A DNA stretch of 64,000 nucleotides, taken from the human T2T-CHM13v2.0 reference genome, Homo sapiens. The stretch's first letter is position 1. The number at the start of each line of letters is the position of its first letter. Below, in pieces: positions 29,488 to 43,749 of this stretch. The position numbers and the translations under genes are program-made. Where the stretch lies: assembly GCF_009914755.1 (NCBI RefSeq), contig NC_060941.1; one strand, written 5' to 3'. The notes below the pieces were generated by a model that searched no databases, was not told the DNA's origin, and saw only the letters and a program-made list of their open reading frames with translations.

Positions 29488-30329
29488 CTAATCATTCATG
29501 TGCCAATGAAACATTTTGATTTATTTTTAAAAATTATTTGTATTAATTACTTTTTCAGCCATCATGATATATTACTTAAAGAATACGAACATTTTAGTAT
29601 AAAATTCAATTCATTCTTATTGAGAAACATAGTGGGAAATCTCAATTTTAAGTTAAAAATTCTTTGGGCTGAACTTCTTTTAGATAGCTCATTCCCTATG
29701 TGCAATGGAAAATTTCTGAATGAAATTTAAATATTAACTGTCTGGAATATTCTAGAGCATGTAGATTTTTAGTTTCTTACATTTTCTCTGAGAATGAAAT
29801 GAAGCGATTACCTTGGGCACTGAAGGGGAAAAGTTTAGAAAGAAAATGGCAGAGCCTGTACCACTGGGTTTGGGCAATATTCCCCAGTTGATGGTATGAA
29901 TGATTTCTATTCAGGTAAGATAGTGCTCTAATTTGAGGAGTTTGTACATTATGTTGTCCTCCACCAATTGTTCTTAACTAAAAGGATTATCAAGGGAATA
30001 AGTCACAAATCATATTTAGGTCCATTAAAACAATGAAGAGGAACCCGGAAAGGAGAGGCATTTTTTTTATATTGCACTTAAAATTCATACTTGAGCCTTA
30101 CTTACATTTCTGCCTTATCTGTCATTGCTGCAATTTGAGAAAGTCACTTACTTGCCACCTCAGAATATGCTTTGTGCATTTCTGTTTGTGGCAAAATTTC
30201 GGCCATTCTGTAAACTTTGCCAGAAAGCTACCTGTCTCATCCATTTCTTAGTATTGGAAGCAACCCATATGCTTTATTTTCTGAATCTCTTACATTAGGT
30301 TTATCAAGAACAACACACCATGAGGAGGA

Positions 30330-30620
30330 GCTAGTGTATGCCAGGCACCATGTTAAGTGCTAAGGAGACAATTGCAAACAAGCCATAGAAAATCCCTGGT
30401 CTAACAGTAGTCACTGGCTGTTGTGGGGGAAACGCTATAGGCTATGAGACCATTGAGCAGAGTTCCCAGCTGAAGAAATAGCATCTTAGCTGATTCCTAA
30501 AGCATGTGTGGACTATAGATGTTTCCTAGAAGAAGGGGTGGAAAAGAAAATGTATTCTAGAACAGAGAACTGCTTATACAGAACTTCATAGAGAAGGTCA
30601 TCATGTTGAAAATGTGAATA
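30330..30620 (-). mobile_element. L2 fragment
   Basis: TATGCCAGGCACCATGTTAAGTGCTAAGGAGACA is an L2 3'-region motif in antisense. Confidence 0.55.
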
Positions 30621-33600
30621 TTTAGAAGTCATAGGGCAGGTGAAGATGTAGAATGTGATACAATGAAGATGAACTGGGCTGGAAGGCCAAGAGAATGAGT
30701 CAGGTTTAGGAATGAGTGTTGACTCAGTTGAGTAAGAGATCCATCACATTTTTATCTGGCTATTTGGGCAGTCATGTTCTCTCTAAAACCAAACACTAAA
30801 AATTGAAGCTTTCAACCAGACCCTGTCAGAAGTTTTCTCTAAATCAAATAGCAAAGAATAATGAATATCTACAAGTAATTGTCTAAGTCCATGACAATGC
30901 ATTTTAGTTAAGATTGGGATTTTATATATGCATTCATGTGACAGCTCTGTGATTTTAAGGTGGCTCTGGCTAGAGGACTTTTGTTAAAATAAAATCCTTA
31001 AGTACACTTGACACAGAGAAACCCCATATCTGTTTGTCAAACACTCTAATTTTGTGGTGCAAAAGTAAAATATCTAAATGGTCAGCCTGCTGATCTGTTG
31101 ATAATTTGACATCCTTGAAGTCAGGTTTTAAGATCATATTGTCAAGAGCAAGTGGTATCATCTGAAGACATCAAAACACAGAAGGCATCAGACAATGGGA
31201 GTTATTTGATATATTCCTTCTTTCATTTTTGTTTTTTGTTCAGGTTGATGAAAAAATGTAAATGTGAATTTAGATATCAGGATGTTAGCACAACCCGACA
31301 AAGAAAGAGTAGTTTTCTTTGAAACTTGGCAGGCTCGGAATGACTGCTTCTGACATCATGGGTATATTTAATGAAATATTAATGACTCTGACTTTAATAG
31401 GAATTTCAGCACAACCTAAATTAAGCTATTGGAAAAGGGATATGGTCCCGTTAAGAACAGTAAAACCGTAAGCCCCCTTCCTGAAGAGTAGCTGTGGGCA
31501 GTTAAAGTGACAATCAATTTAACCAGGCCATATTGCTTTGTAAGTCTCTGAAGTGTGAAGTCCCAGCATGCCTTATGTATTTCATTTTAATTTCCTTTTG
31601 GACAGAGCTATGGTTAGTGGGGAACCTCACACACAAAAAGAAAAAAAAATAAATGTGCAGAAGAGAAGGAAATTATTTAACCCTTTCAAAATACTATGCC
31701 ATATAGTTAGCTAAGTAAAGAAAATAAGGAAGATTAAATTTCTTTTGTTTTCAAAGAAAAATAAATGGGCAGCACATGTAGTAAATAATGATGACAGATC
31801 ATATTGATAATTTCTATTTAAAAACCTAAAATGCTCCCTTGACATGTATTTTGAGGTTTTTTTTTTTTTGGTTAAGAAACTAGGTGGTTTAGAAATAAAT
31901 CTTCCTTTGCTATTTCTACATAGAAAGATAAAAATCATGCAATTTCCTATGATTTTTCATCTCTCATTGGAATTAGATATCTAAATGGCCAGTTTGCTGA
32001 TCTGTTGATAATTTTACATACTAGAAGTCAGGTTTCAAGATATAGTTTTTCAAGTCAGATTAGGTTAGATGTTTTTAAGATGATGTCTTTGTCAACTTTT
32101 CCAAAATTTGGATACATAAAATGCAAAAGGAATATGAGAGACTATTCTTAAATTATAAAAGAATGTTCGGTTACCTGCAGCAGTTTCTATGAGATTGTTT
32201 TTGTCCCAGAGCAGCCAGGAGAGAAGACAGCAATTGTGTGGTAAAATAAGACATAATTGGAATTGAGAGTCCAGATTGCTAAATTAGACTTTTTTTTTTA
32301 GCTTTGTCACTAATTTGTAATTTGACGTCTTTGACGTCATTCTATCTTCCTTGGTTTCATTCCTTGTTCTCTAAATAAAATATTAGGTTTACATAGAACA
32401 CGAAGCATCCTTAGAAATTTTTATATGTTCAACTACCACTTTTAATTTAAATAAAATGTTAGCTGTTCAAAAAGCAAATATTGCTATATGCGTGATGTTT
32501 TACCTTAATACGAGTTGAAAGGTGGCTATTTATATTAAAGTTATCCACGGGAAGAGTTTTCCTTCAAGATTATTTCAGTACAAGCTATGTAAGGAACACC
32601 GTTTTGTGTCTTTGAATAAAGAGTGGAAAGTGCCAGCCACATCCTTTTAATAAGATTAGTGTATATTGGCTGATAATTTCATAAAAATTTTGTCAAATTA
32701 GTGTTCCTGAAGCATAGTTCTGATAATATTACCCACACTGTCCAAGATTACCTAGTGGTTCCCAGGAATGCTCAGAGTCAAGATCAAATTCTTTTCTTAG
32801 ACTGCCCTTCAAAGGTTTCTAAAACTTAGTCTTAACCTCAATCTGTGTTCTCAATATTTTTCCCAAGACTTCCAAACTCTACTCCTTCTTCTATTCTTGC
32901 TCATGTTGTTCACGCTCTCTGATATTCTCCTTCCCTATTGGTAGATGTCAAAACTTTTACTCAACTTTCAAGATTTGAAGTAAATGTCATCCGTTGAGTC
33001 AATCCATCGATTGCATATAATTTCTTCATTCTGGATTCCCACAGCAGCTGAATTTCGTGGTTATAAAGACTTAGATTTGAACCTTGGCCTTACTAATTTC
33101 ACATGAGTGACCTCACTTATTCTCCTGAATTGTGAGTTTATGTGAAAGGTAACAAGAGTATCTTTCATGAAGAGTTTGGAGATGTGAGGATTAAATGATG
33201 ACACAAATGAGATGTCTTGTATCCTACACCTAGCAGGCATAGAATTTCTTCTGTTTCTTCTGGTGTCTTCTATTATTTATTGCTTTGTGATTAACAAATT
33301 GCACAGTGAACATGTGTTAGCTTTTTGGTATTGGCATAAGGCATTGTCTTCTCCATTTTACAGAATCAGGAAGTACGAGAGCCTCCCTTGTTTTAACCAC
33401 TCTCCTAGAGAAACATATGTGCACATGACCTCTAGGCTCAAAAATGTAGATGCTTATGTCCAGGATTTGAATCTTGAACAGGTATGACAGAGATGGAGAG
33501 AGGTTAAAATTCATATGCAGAAGCAGCAGTAGCAGGGTCCCAGAGCCTCAGAATCCTGGTCAGAATGTGACTCCTAAAAGATAGTTGAATGGCTTCCTGC

Positions 33601-34077
33601 TTCTTGGATGTCTGAAGTAGCCTGGGTTGCTTTCTAAGCCTGGTTTTCTAACTTTCCATCAATTATTTCAACCTCCAATCTCCTACTTGTTTCATCATTG
33701 CTCAGGAAAACCACTGTTGGTTCTATTCCTCACAACTGAAAGTCCTTTAACTGATATAGGTTTCAAAGTCCTTCAGGGCGCACAAGTGACTGATTTGACT
33801 TCCTGGTTTTATTTTTTTAATTAGCTAGAATACTACTATATAAAAATATGTCAACTGTGAGCTACTCCAAGTATACTTTATACAGAAGTGTAAAGATAAA
33901 TGTTTGATGCTTTTCTTTATATACTAGTTTTCAAAATAATGCATCTTTTCTATAGATTTTTTATTAAAAATTATTTATGTGTTTTTTTAGTATTAAGAAA
34001 TAGTTTCTGAAGTATTTCTATTAATTGCATTTATTGTCTTTATTGAAGTGCAATCATAGTATCTGTATACAGTTTTT

Positions 34078-34381
<304 letters not shown>

Positions 34382-36421
34382 TGTATACAGTTTTTAATTT
34401 TGCTTCCTCACGTAAATTCTGTATGCATTTTCCTATCACTGTAGCTGTTATTATTCCATTTGTGCTCACATAAAATATCATTAAGTAAAAGCACTATACT
34501 GTTATTTAATTACATTACCTGGCTTTTCAATTATCCTACGTTTGCAAACGAGGTTGGTTCTCATTTATTTCCAAGTAATCTTGTAATCAATGCCTTCATG
34601 TGTATAACTTCTTTTGCTTTTAAGTTGTTTCCTTAGGATACATTCATAGGATGTTTACCAAATCACAATGATTAACATTGTTATTTTTACCATATACTGT
34701 CAAATTACTTTCCACAGGGCTATACCAATTTATACTCTTCAAATAATGTAGGAAGATACTGTATAAATGTAACTTTGCCTGGTTGGAATTTACCTTTTAA
34801 ATTGGTCACTTTAATAAGGGTAAAATGTCACATCATTATTGGTGCCATTTACATTTTTTATATAAGGAGATAAAATTTGCTACGTATGCAATTATTTTTT
34901 CTAAATCCATTATTTGCTTTATTCCCAGAATTTTGACATTTTCTCACCAAAATTTTTAGTTATTTTAAATATATAATCTATTTTCATCATTTTTTTTCCG
35001 TGTAGTGTTTTCAAAGCCAATCCCAAAGCTTAGAAAGCTACTGATGAATATATTGGCTAAACGGTCATTTAAATTTACTTTTAGTTTTTCATTTTTATGT
35101 ATATATACACACACATTATCATTTATCCTTTTAGAATAACCTTGGATAAACTAAATTACTTATTTTTTCCACATTAGTAAAATTTAGTAAAAATATATGA
35201 CATTATGAGAAAAATCCCACTGAGTTTCAAATAAGATTGCATCTGATACACCACTTATTATTAGAAAAACTGACAACATTATGACATTTCATCTTCCTTT
35301 CCAAAGATAAGTTTTAAATATCTATCTTTTTTTTTTGGTCTCTCAATTACAAAAAGTAGATCCCAGAAGACTAAAAAAAATTCTAAAGGACATACTATTT
35401 TCTTTTTTCCACCCTGGACAAAAACTCTAAGCACCCTTCTATCGAAATAGACATCCAGTGGCCAAGAGCACAGCAGATATTTTGAATTGCTTTGGAACAT
35501 GTTAATTAGAACTGCTTTATCTTTCTCCGTAAAGCAGATTTAAATTTCCCGGTATAAATCTCGATAAATCTTGGTGTCTATTTTATATATCCATTTCTAA
35601 GCAACAGTGTTATTGATTAATATTTGAATACAATTTCACATTCATTATTTCATTCATTTTTTGCAACCATCCTGAAGTTGGCAATAAATGTTTTCATCAT
35701 TTTTGTCATATCAAGCAGGTGAGTGAAAAGAAGCTTCAGTTGAGACAGGACTGAAGGGCAGGAGATGACCCTGGAGTCATGCATACTCCACCCTTATTTT
35801 AAAACTATTATTCTCTCCCCAGATTATTCTGAAATGACTAGATTATTACCCTGCAATGACTTCCCCAAGATCTTTCTTCTGGAACTAGAGCTCAGGTCTT
35901 CTGACTCTCAGTCTGGTTCTCTTACCTCTATGACAGAATAATTCTCAAGAATACAGGAAATCTCTCCATTCTTTCCTTGTGTTTACACATTAGCAACACC
36001 AAATTAGTTAAGCTCAGTCTGTGTAATCTTGCCATTTCTATCCGTTCTTTAGCCTTTGCTCAATTGTCCCCTCGGCCAGGATTTCCCTACCTATGCTGCA
36101 CTTGGCCAAGCCTGCCTCTCCACGGTTGAGATGTACATATAATTTTCTGTAATTAAAAGTGTCTCATCTCCTCACTATACTTTTGTCTCCTTCGGGCAGG
36201 AACCATGACCATGTTATTCATTATTGAATTCCAATGCCTTTGTTGAACAAAAATATTTGCCTTCCACTGCAAAGCACATTAGACTAAAATTTCATTCAGG
36301 CTCCTAGCACAAGGTAGGTGCCAAAAAAATTAATTCAGATCAGGTGCTTTATTTTCTTAGACGATTTCTCTTAGCTAACCATGTGTCTAAGCCTCCCATA
36401 ATAATAAACACAGGACCCTAA

Positions 36422-36787
<366 letters not shown>

Positions 36788-36858
36788 CTTTTATGTTTTC
36801 AATAATCTTAGCAACTAGCACAGTATAGCGCCTGATATGTAGTAAGTGCTCTCTGTCC

Positions 36859-36868
36859 CTCTCTCTCT

Positions 36869-36911
<43 letters not shown>

Positions 36912-36988
36912 CTCTCTCTCTCTCTCTCTCTCCATATACATGTATATGTATGTGTATATGTATATACAGAGAGAGAGAGATGTATATA
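36859..36988. repeat. Compound (CT)n(CA)n(CT)n and TA/TG microsatellite
   Basis: Direct reading. Confidence 0.9.
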
Positions 36989-37417
36989 CAGGTAACCCTT
37001 GAATAACACGGGTTTGAACTGCATGGATCCACTTCTACACAGATTTTCTTCTGCCTCTGCCACCCCTAAGACCACAAGCCCAACCTCTCCTCTTCTTTCT
37101 CATCCTTCTCAACATGAAGACAATGAAAACGAAGACCTTTATGATGATCCACTTCCACTTAATGAATAATAAATATATTTTCTCTTTCTTAGAATTTTTT
37201 TAGTAACATTTTCTTTTCTCTAGCTTACTTCATTGTAAGAATATAGTATATAACATACAAAATATGTGTTAATCAATTGTTTATATTATCAGTAAGGCTT
37301 CCAGTTAACAGTAGGCTGCTAGTAGTCAAGGTTTTGGAGAGTCAAAAGTTATATGCAGATTTTTGACTGTGTAGGGGATTGGATCCTGTAACCCCCATTT
37401 TGTGTAATAATCAATTG
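36989..37417 (+). mobile_element. Tigger2a (MER28)-like TcMar DNA transposon fossil
   Basis: TA then CAGGTAACCCTTGAATAACACGGGTTTGAACTGC...GACCTTTATGATGATCCACTTCCACTTAATGAA; ~430 bp with a degenerate right TIR. Confidence 0.85.
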
Positions 37418-37455
37418 TGTTAATCTATATACTGACTTACATATATAAACACTGA

Positions 37456-37627
37456 CTTGTCACAGTGACTTAGATTATATATGTGTATATATGTGTATAC
37501 ATACATATATGTCCATGTGTATGCATATGTGTGTACATATGTATACATGTGCATATGTATGCATACACACATATGCATACATATATACATATATGCATAC
37601 ACACATAATCTAAGTCACTGTGACAAG
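37456..37627. repeat. Perfect 23-bp inverted repeat enclosing a 126-bp alternating purine-pyrimidine tract
   Basis: CTTGTCACAGTGACTTAGATTAT (37456-37478) is the exact reverse complement of ATAATCTAAGTCACTGTGACAAG (37605-37627). Confidence 0.95.
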
Positions 37628-38087
37628 CCATAGTTTTCTGACAGCTTATTATATTTTCAGGTATCTCGAAAAATATAGCAAAGTTTCAACCACCAAGAAG
37701 CATCCTGTCCCAGCACTCTGCTACTAGTTAAGGCCTCCAATATACTGCTGTCTGGAGCTACTGAGCTGACACTCTTATTTTTCTAGAGCACATATCTCCT
37801 CCTGTCTGTGACCTGTCTCTCGGGGACATTGTGGCACATGATAGAGTACACGTAGGGAGAAGCATTTAGATACTTCAATCTTCACTGCTTATCTTCATGC
37901 TTCTAGGACAATAAAAATACTTTAATTTTTAATGTACAAAATGATTTTTTCTTTGAAAGGAGGTATATGTCAAACAAACCAGAATAGGAATCACGTATTT
38001 TGGACTTTGACCATTGTGAAATTTACCCTCATCCTGAAAGGAAAGACACATATAAGCATATATTAGAGGATGATGCAAAACACTAAA

Positions 38088-38200
38088 ATGAATGTAAGCA
38101 CCCTGAGGACAGCAGCTTGTGTCTGTTTTATTCTCCACTGTATTTCAGTGATTTTTAAGCTGTGCCTAGCATGTAACGCTTAATAAATATTTGTTTAATG
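38088..38200 (+). mobile_element. L2 3' end
   Basis: GAATGTAAGCACCCTGAGGACAG...GTGCCTAGCA...AATAAATATTTGTTTAATG. Confidence 0.75.
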
Positions 38201-39554
38201 GTCGGAGAATATATTAGGAAAAAGGTCTTATATGTGTTTAATATTTTTGAAAAAAACTCCAGTACATTGTAAAGGGATTACTCAATTTTACATTATATTG
38301 AAGTTAGACTAATATATTTTTGAAAAACATGACATAATGAATTTTAAATAAAATGTACAATTAGAAGCTAATTTTCCTCAGATGCTTTATGACTTAAAAA
38401 CTAATTATGAAATGAACAATTCTTAATAATAATGACCACACAGTCTGAGGTTTTGTGTTTTCTTTCTTTGTTAACCCTAAACCCTGTTATTGAAATGGAA
38501 AGTTAAACTGACATTTCTGCAAGTTTTTTTTTTTCTTTTTTTATAGTCTAAAGGTTAACGAGCTGTGGTGTGGTTTAGTGCCGCATGTGCTAAGCTAGCA
38601 CCTAATACGTTAAGTTGGGTGCGATTCAAGCCTTCCAAGAAAAGTGCTCTCAGACATTACAGGTGGGGGAGGAAAGACAGAAGGGAAGACGCCGATGCTA
38701 TTGTGTTTGTGTTATTGCTCAAGAACGGTGGTCCTGGTCAGCACACACTGCTGTTTGGGACTTTATATACAAGCTATTCTCAGGGGGAGCATAAATATCC
38801 CACATTCCATTTCGAAAGGTGCTGGGTTATAGGTTATTGACCAGTTTAGGGATTTATAGCTGGAGTCAGTAATTGTTAAGGAAAAATGGCTTGACAATTT
38901 TATTATTGTGGAGGCCTGTTGGAAAAGTTAAACACAGACTTAGCTGAGAACGAACTTGATCTTAACAATAATAGATATGTATATGCATATACATTTACAC
39001 ACACATATAATTATGTATACTTTATATATAATAGTACATACAAATATTTTACATATAATTATGTACAAATACTTTATTACAGACTGCTTTCATTTTCATA
39101 GAGATGTTAAATATAAATTCATTTGCTTGCTTCAACATGGATAAGTGTACTAAATACTGCTTCACAAGAATATATAGATTATTATAAATAACTGAAATAT
39201 TGACAAATACATTCTTTCCGAACAATCAGAAAATTGTTAACTTGTGTCAAATATCAGAGGAACAAATAAAAGGAAAACAACACAATAGTCATGGGAGCAA
39301 GCTACTCTTTAATAAGAGGTATCATATCCCCCGCCACTTTACCCATCCCCTGAAAATACACCAGTGCAATTGTGGATCCCTATAATCTGAACAAGTTAAA
39401 CACTTAAGTTTTTTAAAACATAAAATGTTTTAAAATTAAAATTAGAGACTTAATTATCATCCTGATGCTTTCTGATGCTTAATCTCACAATTGCTCATAG
39501 ATTAGGAATTAGTTATAAGAGTTAGTTTGATGTTTCTCTAGTGATATAGAATAC

Positions 39555-40115
39555 TGTGATGTCAATATTAGGTCAACTTGATTGGATTGAAGGAGGCCTA
39601 GATAGCTGATAAAGTATTGTTCCTGGGTGTATCTGTGAGGGTGTTGCCAGAGTGGATTAACATTTGAGTCAGTGGACTGGGAGAGGGAGACTCACCTTCA
39701 GTGTGAGTGAGCACCATCCAGTTGGCTGCCAACAGGGCTAGAATAAAGCAGGTACAAGAAGGCGAGATAAGCTGGTTTGCTGAGACTTCTGGCTTTCATC
39801 TTTCTCCTGTGCTGAATGCTTTCTGCCCTTGGACATCAGACTGCAGGTTCTTCAGTCTTTGGACTTACACCAGTGGTTTGCCAGGGTCTCTTGGCCCTTG
39901 GACCACAGACTTAAGGCTGCACTGTCAGCTTCCTACTTTTGAGGCTTTTGGACTCAGACTGAGCCACTACTGGCTTCTTTCTTCCTCAGCTTGCAGATGG
40001 CCTATCGTGGGACTTCGTCTTGTGATCATGTGAGTTAATTCTCCTTAATAAACTCCCTTCCATATATACATAGATCCTATTAGTTCTGTCCCTCTAGAGA
40101 ACACTGACTAATACA
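39555..40115 (+). mobile_element. MLT2A2-like (ERV-L) solo LTR
   Basis: TGTGATG...GTCAACTTGATTGGATTGAAGG ... AATAAA ... CTCTAGAGAACACTGACTAATACA; 561 bp; TSD AATAC at 39550-39554 and 40116-40120. Confidence 0.93.
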
Positions 40116-40520
40116 AATACCCTAAAAATTGTCAAATAAAACCTTCCAAAAGCATGTGCCACAGAAAATATCTGGGATAAGTTTTAAGTAAGAATAAAAA
40201 TTTCTGTCCATTTGAATTTTGCAAACAGCTATTGAGTAAACAACTATTGAGTGCCCAGTATTCATATTCCAGATGAATTATGGGGTTATAGCTTCAGCAG
40301 AGAGGCCTATAAACCCTTTCAGATACCCATAGATGAAACCAATAGGACAGAAAAATAGGAAAGATAATGTCTTCAGGGTTCTAAGCTAAGAGAGGGCACT
40401 ATATTTATACTGGATACATCAAGGGATGTCTGCAATGTTTAATTCTTTACCTGTAAAGGAACAACCTGGAAAAAATCCCAGAAGAACTTCACTCTGGTCT
40501 CTGCTTGCCCACTTCCCATC

Positions 40521-40870
40521 TGTATTAGTCTGTTTTCACACTGCTGATAAAGATACCCGAGACTGGGAAATTTACAAAAGAAAGAGGTTTAATGGACCTA
40601 CAGTTCCACGTGGCCTCACAGTCATGGCAGAAGGTGAAATGCACATCTCACTTGGTGGCAGACAAGAGCAGAGTCAGAGCCAAGCCAAAGGGGTTACCCC
40701 TTATAAAACCATTATATCTCATGAGACTTACTCACTACCATGAGAACAGTATGGGGGAAACAGCTGCCATGATTTAATTATCTCCCACCAGGTCCCTCAC
40801 ACCACAATGGGAATTATGGGAGTTATATTTCAAGATGAGATTTGGGTGAGGACACAGCGAAACTATATCA
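40521..40870 (-). mobile_element. THE1B-like solo LTR
   Basis: TGTATTAGTCTGTTTTCACACTGCTGATAAAGA ... AAACTATATCA; TSD CCATC on both sides. Confidence 0.95.
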
Positions 40871-41199
40871 CCATCCTCACCCCAACATCAGCATCTGGAG
40901 CTGGAAGCAGGAACAATAAGTGTAGTTGTAAGTAACAGACCTTAGGGAACACTGTGGTTATGGAAAAATTCAAGTAGAGAGGATCAGTAATGATTTCTAC
41001 CTAACAAATACCTTTGCTGAAGAGAGATACATGCCTTTCATTGCAAAGTACATTATACTAGAATTTAACTCAAGAAACAGGTATTGAGTGCCATCTATTA
41101 ATCCAGGTTTGTTTTGTGAGGCTACAATGGTAAACCCCAATAGCAAGATTATTGCATGAATGAAGCTTATATTCTCATTAGGAAAGACCATCACTAAAT

Positions 41200-41830
41200 A
41201 AATGAAAAATGATTATGGTTGTTATGTAATGTCATAAATGAAATAAAGAAAATAAGATGATGATATAATCAAAAGTAATTAGGGTGGTCAACTTAAGATG
41301 TTCAGAAAGATCCTTCAGAGGCAGTGACTACTGGGCAGAGACCTGAAGGATGAGAATGAGCTAATTTGGAAAGAAACAGGGAAGAGCATTCTAGGAAGTA
41401 GTAATAGCAAGGATGAACTTTTCATCAAGAAAAGTTTCAGTGTGTTTAAGGAAATGGCAGAAAGACAAAATCGTTGGAAAGTAGCAACTGAAATGGAAAG
41501 TGGGATGAGATGTTGGAGATATAATCAGGAGATATAATCAGGATATATTGCTGGGTTTTGAGACCAGGATGAGGCCTTTAAATGGTGGCAATGAGAGTCT
41601 GGAAAGGTGGATGAGTCAAGTCTGGTTGCACTTTGTAGATGTAGTTTGTGGTGTGTATGTTATTCCAGGTTTAACGGAAGTCAGTGGAAGGCTTTAAGCT
41701 TGTGTGTGATTTATGGCTGCTGGGTGAAGAATGAAGGCAACCAAAGTGTGATCGTATACTCCATAATATTGAGTTGCGGAGGGTACTGTTGCTATTTACA
41801 CCTAGGAGTGGTTACTAGAATATAGAGAAG
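41200..41830 (-). mobile_element. L2 fragments
   Basis: GCAGAGACCTGAAGGATGAGAA...GGGAAGAGCATTCTAGG, L2 antisense motifs. Confidence 0.6.
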
Positions 41831-43399
41831 GCATCCACATGGAAAAACCCACAGCTGCTATGGCTTTCAGTGGAATGATGGAGGCAACCCAATGGTGTGC
41901 CCAAAGGGTGATGGAGTCAAAGCAATAAATGTACTGACTTCCCCTTTCTCTCAGTCTTTAATTTCTTGCTGTCCCAGACTTTGCGTGTACCCAATCAGAG
42001 GGAATCTGTTGATTTCCTTCATAATGTAGTTCCAACAAGGCAGCCTACAAGGGTATAGCCTACTAGCCAGCCACAAACAATAAAGCAGTGTATTCCTAGG
42101 CTGCACAAACAACAGAAGTGTATGCAAATAATTTCCCAATTTAATGCAATTTCTATGAAAATCTCAAGCGGTTTTGTTTGAAGTTTTAGCCATATGGAAT
42201 AAGTGAGACTTTTTGAGCAGCGGAGGGATTGTATGGCATGTGAAGACAATGGCATTCCCCCATGTTCTTGACACCCTGCAGGTACATATGCATAATGGGA
42301 GAATGGGTTATATGTGTTTGAAATGAAAGAGTTGGCCTTTATGCTGTGCAGAGGCCAGGCAAGGCTAATCCAGGGCATCTTTGACTTTACCCAAAAGAGA
42401 GAAATAAAGTATTATCTTCCTTATTCTGCAAAAGCTCTCTTGGCCTAAGTAAATCAACGGAAAAGTAACAATGATGGCAACAGCAAGACAATAAGCCAGA
42501 GGGAGTAGAAGAGCTCTTAGAAATGGACACTCATCATATATTAGAGGAAAAATGGTTATAGATCTGATCTGGAGGCATAATAGCCAAGTTCTGGCTCCAC
42601 TATTCATACTGTTAGCGAGTAATGGTCATGTCTATTTTAGAGATATGTGTAACTACCTCTAAAGTTTCAAGGAAATGCGTTGAATTTGGGACTCTCAAAA
42701 ATAAAGTCTGTTATTAATGAAGAAGGATACCTAAAAACAAAGAAAAAACATATTTAATAATTTAGGAATTACATGAAAGTGATGACATAGGATGGAGTAA
42801 CCCCTGACATTCAAAACATCAAGTTTGAAGATACATACATTACAACTGAACGAGCTGAGGATTAGAACAATTAATGGATAAATAAAACTACATAATTCAT
42901 AGCCTCTAGTTGTGTTTTACCTTAACAATGAGATGGGCTTGCTCTACCAGGTGCTTTTCAGGTAAGGTCCAAAATCTAGGTCATCTTCTTAGATGTATAT
43001 TTTCAATGTATATTTGTTGGTGCTGGAGTAAAATATAACACACTCTATCTCATGAGTAGGCAAGCCTTCACACTGAGATTCATATTTATCACCGTAAGTC
43101 CTTGATTTTGCACCCATGTGGCATGTAGCACCCTGCCAGGGAATACATGGCACCACAGGAAAAACACTGTTCATCTTTCTGGGAAAATTATTTTGATCAA
43201 TATTAATTTCCTGCTACAATTGTACTCAATCCAAAATTTAGCTATCAAACATGCAATTACACTAAATTCAGCAACCTAATACTTGAAAGGCAAATGACAA
43301 TTAAAAACAGCCGTTTTTTTTTATTTTACTGTTTGTTTTTATTTTCCTAAACGTATTAATTTTAAAATTACATCTTCAGCTGGACACACACAATATTAT

Positions 43400-43699
<300 letters not shown>

Positions 43700-43749
43700 T
43701 GAAACTAAGTTAATTGTTCACATATAAGCTGTCATGAGTAGTCATGACA

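Noticed and set aside
33345-33490. Possible exon TTTTACAG...CAG/GTATGA (33364-33481)
   Set aside because: The acceptor resembles the common MIR CCCATTTTACAG motif; such pseudo-exons are frequent and nothing else supports it
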